Assembly (NCBI GenBank): GCA_002869085.1
Contig: PKTQ01000122.1
Location: 1 to 23,696, forward strand
Source of the DNA: Hyphomicrobiales bacterium
GTDB lineage: Bacteria; Pseudomonadota; Alphaproteobacteria; Rhizobiales; BM303
Length of the DNA stretch: 23,696 nt
Reading direction: 5' to 3'
Shown here: positions 22,372 through 23,696 of the stretch, in pieces
Layout: each line of letters starts with the position of its first letter
How positions within the stretch are numbered: position 1 is the first letter of the stretch
Notes under the pieces: generated by a model
What the model saw: the letters and a program-made list of their open reading frames with translations, nothing else
Database searches by the model: none
Told to the model about the DNA's origin: nothing
Translations under genes and position numbers: made by a program

Positions 22372-22393
22372 CCGGGCCCGCGCCTGACCATAT

Positions 22394-23696
22394 TCACCGC
22401 GATCTGAAGGTCTTGCTGCCGAATTTGCTGCCAAACGAGTCATGTACGCCGCCCGGGGCTTTGACCGGCGGTTTGGGCTTCGGGTTCGGCTTGGGCTTGC
22501 CGGCGGGGATGCCGGTGCGCGGCAGGCAGAACGCCCGCCCGGGGATGCACCTGGCCGCTTCGCCGCGCGGTTTGCAGGGGCGCATGCCGCGCGGGCAGAT
22601 CATGCCCTGGCTGCAGCTCTGCCGGGCGGGAGCGAAACAGCCGCCCCGGCCGAAGCGCCCGGGGGCGCAGAGACGGCGCGGCGGCGCGCATCGGCCACCG
22701 GTGGCCGTCCCCGCCGGTCTGGCGCGGGAGGTGGCGGGCTGATGGCGCGAAGAGGGCGCGGTGCGATGAAAATTCTGCAAGGGCGTATTGGCCTGTGGGC
22801 GCTGGGGTGACAGGCACAGCCCATTGGCGGGGATGCAGCGCGGGCGCTGGCCGGCGATCCGGCAAACCCTGAACCCGGCCGGGCAGACAAGGCCGCCGGC
22901 GCATCTTTGCGCGCCGGGCAGGAAACAGCGCCCGGGGCCATGGATGCCGGGCGGGCACCAGCGCTGGGGCGGCCGACAGCGCGAGACGGGCTGGGTGACG
23001 GCTGGGCGCGGCGGTACCACCGCTCCGGAGTTCGCCGGATTATGGGCGCGCGAGGCCCCAGTCTGATGGAAGCGGCTGAGGGCGGGCGCATGCACGGGCC
23101 GGCAGCTCTGTCCGCCCGGGATGCAGGAGGCCCGCTGGCCGGGGCGCTTGCAGGGCTTGAACCCGGCGGGGCAGACCATACCCTGGCCGCATCTTTGCGC
23201 GCCGGGCAGATAGCAGCGCCCGGGGCCATAGGCGCCGGCCGGACACCATCTTTGCGGTAGCCGGCAGCGGGGTTGCGGTCGCGGCTGCGGGATGGTCTGG
23301 GGCGGCGGGGCCTGTTTTTTCAGGCGCGAGCGACAGCGCTCGCCCGGGCGGGCGCAATAGGCAGGCTCGCCGGGCAGTTTGCAGAAATATGATCCGCGCC
23401 AGCACACCAGCCCCTTGATGCAGATTTGCTGCGGCGTGATGCAGCCGCCATTGCCATTAGCACCGCGCGGGCAATAGGTGCGGCCGGGGCGGCAAGGCGA
23501 GCCGGGCAGCTGTTTGCGGGGCGGCTTTATGCGCGGCGGCTTTATGCGTGGCGGCTTTATGCGTGCCGGCTGTATGCGGGGTGGCTGTATGCGGGGCGGG
23601 GGTGCGGTCTGGTACTTGGCCCTCGCGGCGGCCTGGATGCGGCGGGCCTTGGCGCAATTGCCGAACTGCCAGCATTCGAGCAGGGCATTGATGCGC
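22394..23696 (-). CDS. Cysteine/proline/glycine/arginine-rich modular repeat protein of unknown family, 5'-truncated by the window edge
   Basis: The minus-strand frame is open for 434 codons, from the TGA (complement of 22394-22396) to the window end. It contains at least three about 96-aa modules with eight positionally conserved Cys each (C..PQRWCP.G..GPGRC.LPGAQRC..G.VCPAGF..C....GQR..CIP....C). A fourth, more diverged module and PRIKP/PRIQP pentapeptide repeats lie upstream, and a Lys/Pro-rich tail (KPKPNPKPKPPVKAP) lies at the C-terminus. The ORF-track start (GTG at 23405-23407) is internal. Confidence 0.7.
   Translation of the reverse strand, partial: RINALLECWQFGNCAKARRIQAAARAKYQTAPPPRIQPPRIQPARIKPPRIKPPRIKPPRKQLPGSPCRPGRTYCPRGANGNGGCITPQQICIKGLVCWRGSYFCKLPGEPAYCARPGERCRSRLKKQAPPPQTIPQPRPQPRCRLPQRWCPAGAYGPGRCYLPGAQRCGQGMVCPAGFKPCKRPGQRASCIPGGQSCRPVHAPALSRFHQTGASRAHNPANSGAVVPPRPAVTQPVSRCRPPQRWCPPGIHGPGRCFLPGAQRCAGGLVCPAGFRVCRIAGQRPRCIPANGLCLSPQRPQANTPLQNFHRTAPSSRHQPATSRARPAGTATGGRCAPPRRLCAPGRFGRGGCFAPARQSCSQGMICPRGMRPCKPRGEAARCIPGRAFCLPRTGIPAGKPKPNPKPKPPVKAPGGVHDSFGSKFGSKTFRSR
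22560..23480. repeat. About 288-bp tandem direct repeats (3 clear copies plus 1 degenerate) inside the Cys-rich gene
   Basis: Near-identical blocks recur about 288 nt apart: gaacccggc(c/g)gggcagac...gcatctttgcgcgccgggcag(g/a)(a/t)a(a/g)cagcgcccggggccat(g/a)g at about 22871 and 23159, with a third diverged copy near 22583. Confidence 0.75.
23506..23598. repeat. 15-nt tandem microsatellite (consensus ggcggctttatgcgY, about 6 copies)
   Basis: gcggctttatgcgcg / gcggctttatgcgtg / gcggctttatgcgtg / ccggctgtatgcggg / gtggctgtatgcggg. The unit is a multiple of 3 and lies inside the coding frame, where it encodes PRIKP/PRIQP on the minus strand. Confidence 0.8.

Noticed and set aside
22413-23260. Several + strand ORFs (109-122 aa) across the Cys-rich gene
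   Set aside because: They are Arg/Gly/Ala-rich nonsense without periodic structure. The minus frame shows module-level conservation of Cys positions and a 1.3-kb open frame.
23506-23598. Possible CRISPR-like short repeat array
   Set aside because: The 15-nt units are directly adjacent with no spacers, and they lie inside a coding frame. This is a coding microsatellite, not a CRISPR array.
23457-23675. 72-aa minus ORF with THKAA/AHKAA pentapeptide repeats
   Set aside because: It is the alternative frame over the 15-nt microsatellite and terminates at 23457. The other frame (PRIKP) is continuous with the downstream Cys-module ORF and is the more likely coding frame. It is kept only as an ambiguity in the findings.

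Overview
High-GC (about 65%) alphaproteobacterial chromosome segment, most likely Rhizobiales-like judging by synteny. Almost the whole window is conserved core metabolism on the + strand. It opens with the 3' part of gatA, then a small AroQ chorismate-mutase-like gene, gatB, and an SPFH/flotillin-like membrane protein. A complete, uninterrupted 14-gene NADH:quinone oxidoreductase operon follows (nuoA, B, C, D, E, F, G, H, I, J, K, L, M, N; about 4.95-19.43 kb), with many start/stop overlaps. Downstream lie birA, an RNase J-type metallo-beta-lactamase gene, and methylmalonyl-CoA epimerase. The only clearly non-core element sits at the 3' edge on the - strand (22394 to the window end). It is a 5'-truncated gene for an extremely cysteine-, proline-, glycine- and arginine-rich modular protein. 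It is built from about 288-bp tandem DNA repeats, each encoding an eight-cysteine module. It is preceded by a phase-preserving 15-nt microsatellite encoding PRIKP/PRIQP pentapeptide repeats. I could not assign this gene to any family I recognise, so it is the best candidate for something undescribed. No rRNA, tRNA, CRISPR array or obvious mobile element was seen. The many long minus-strand ORFs antisense to nuo genes are GC-driven shadow frames.
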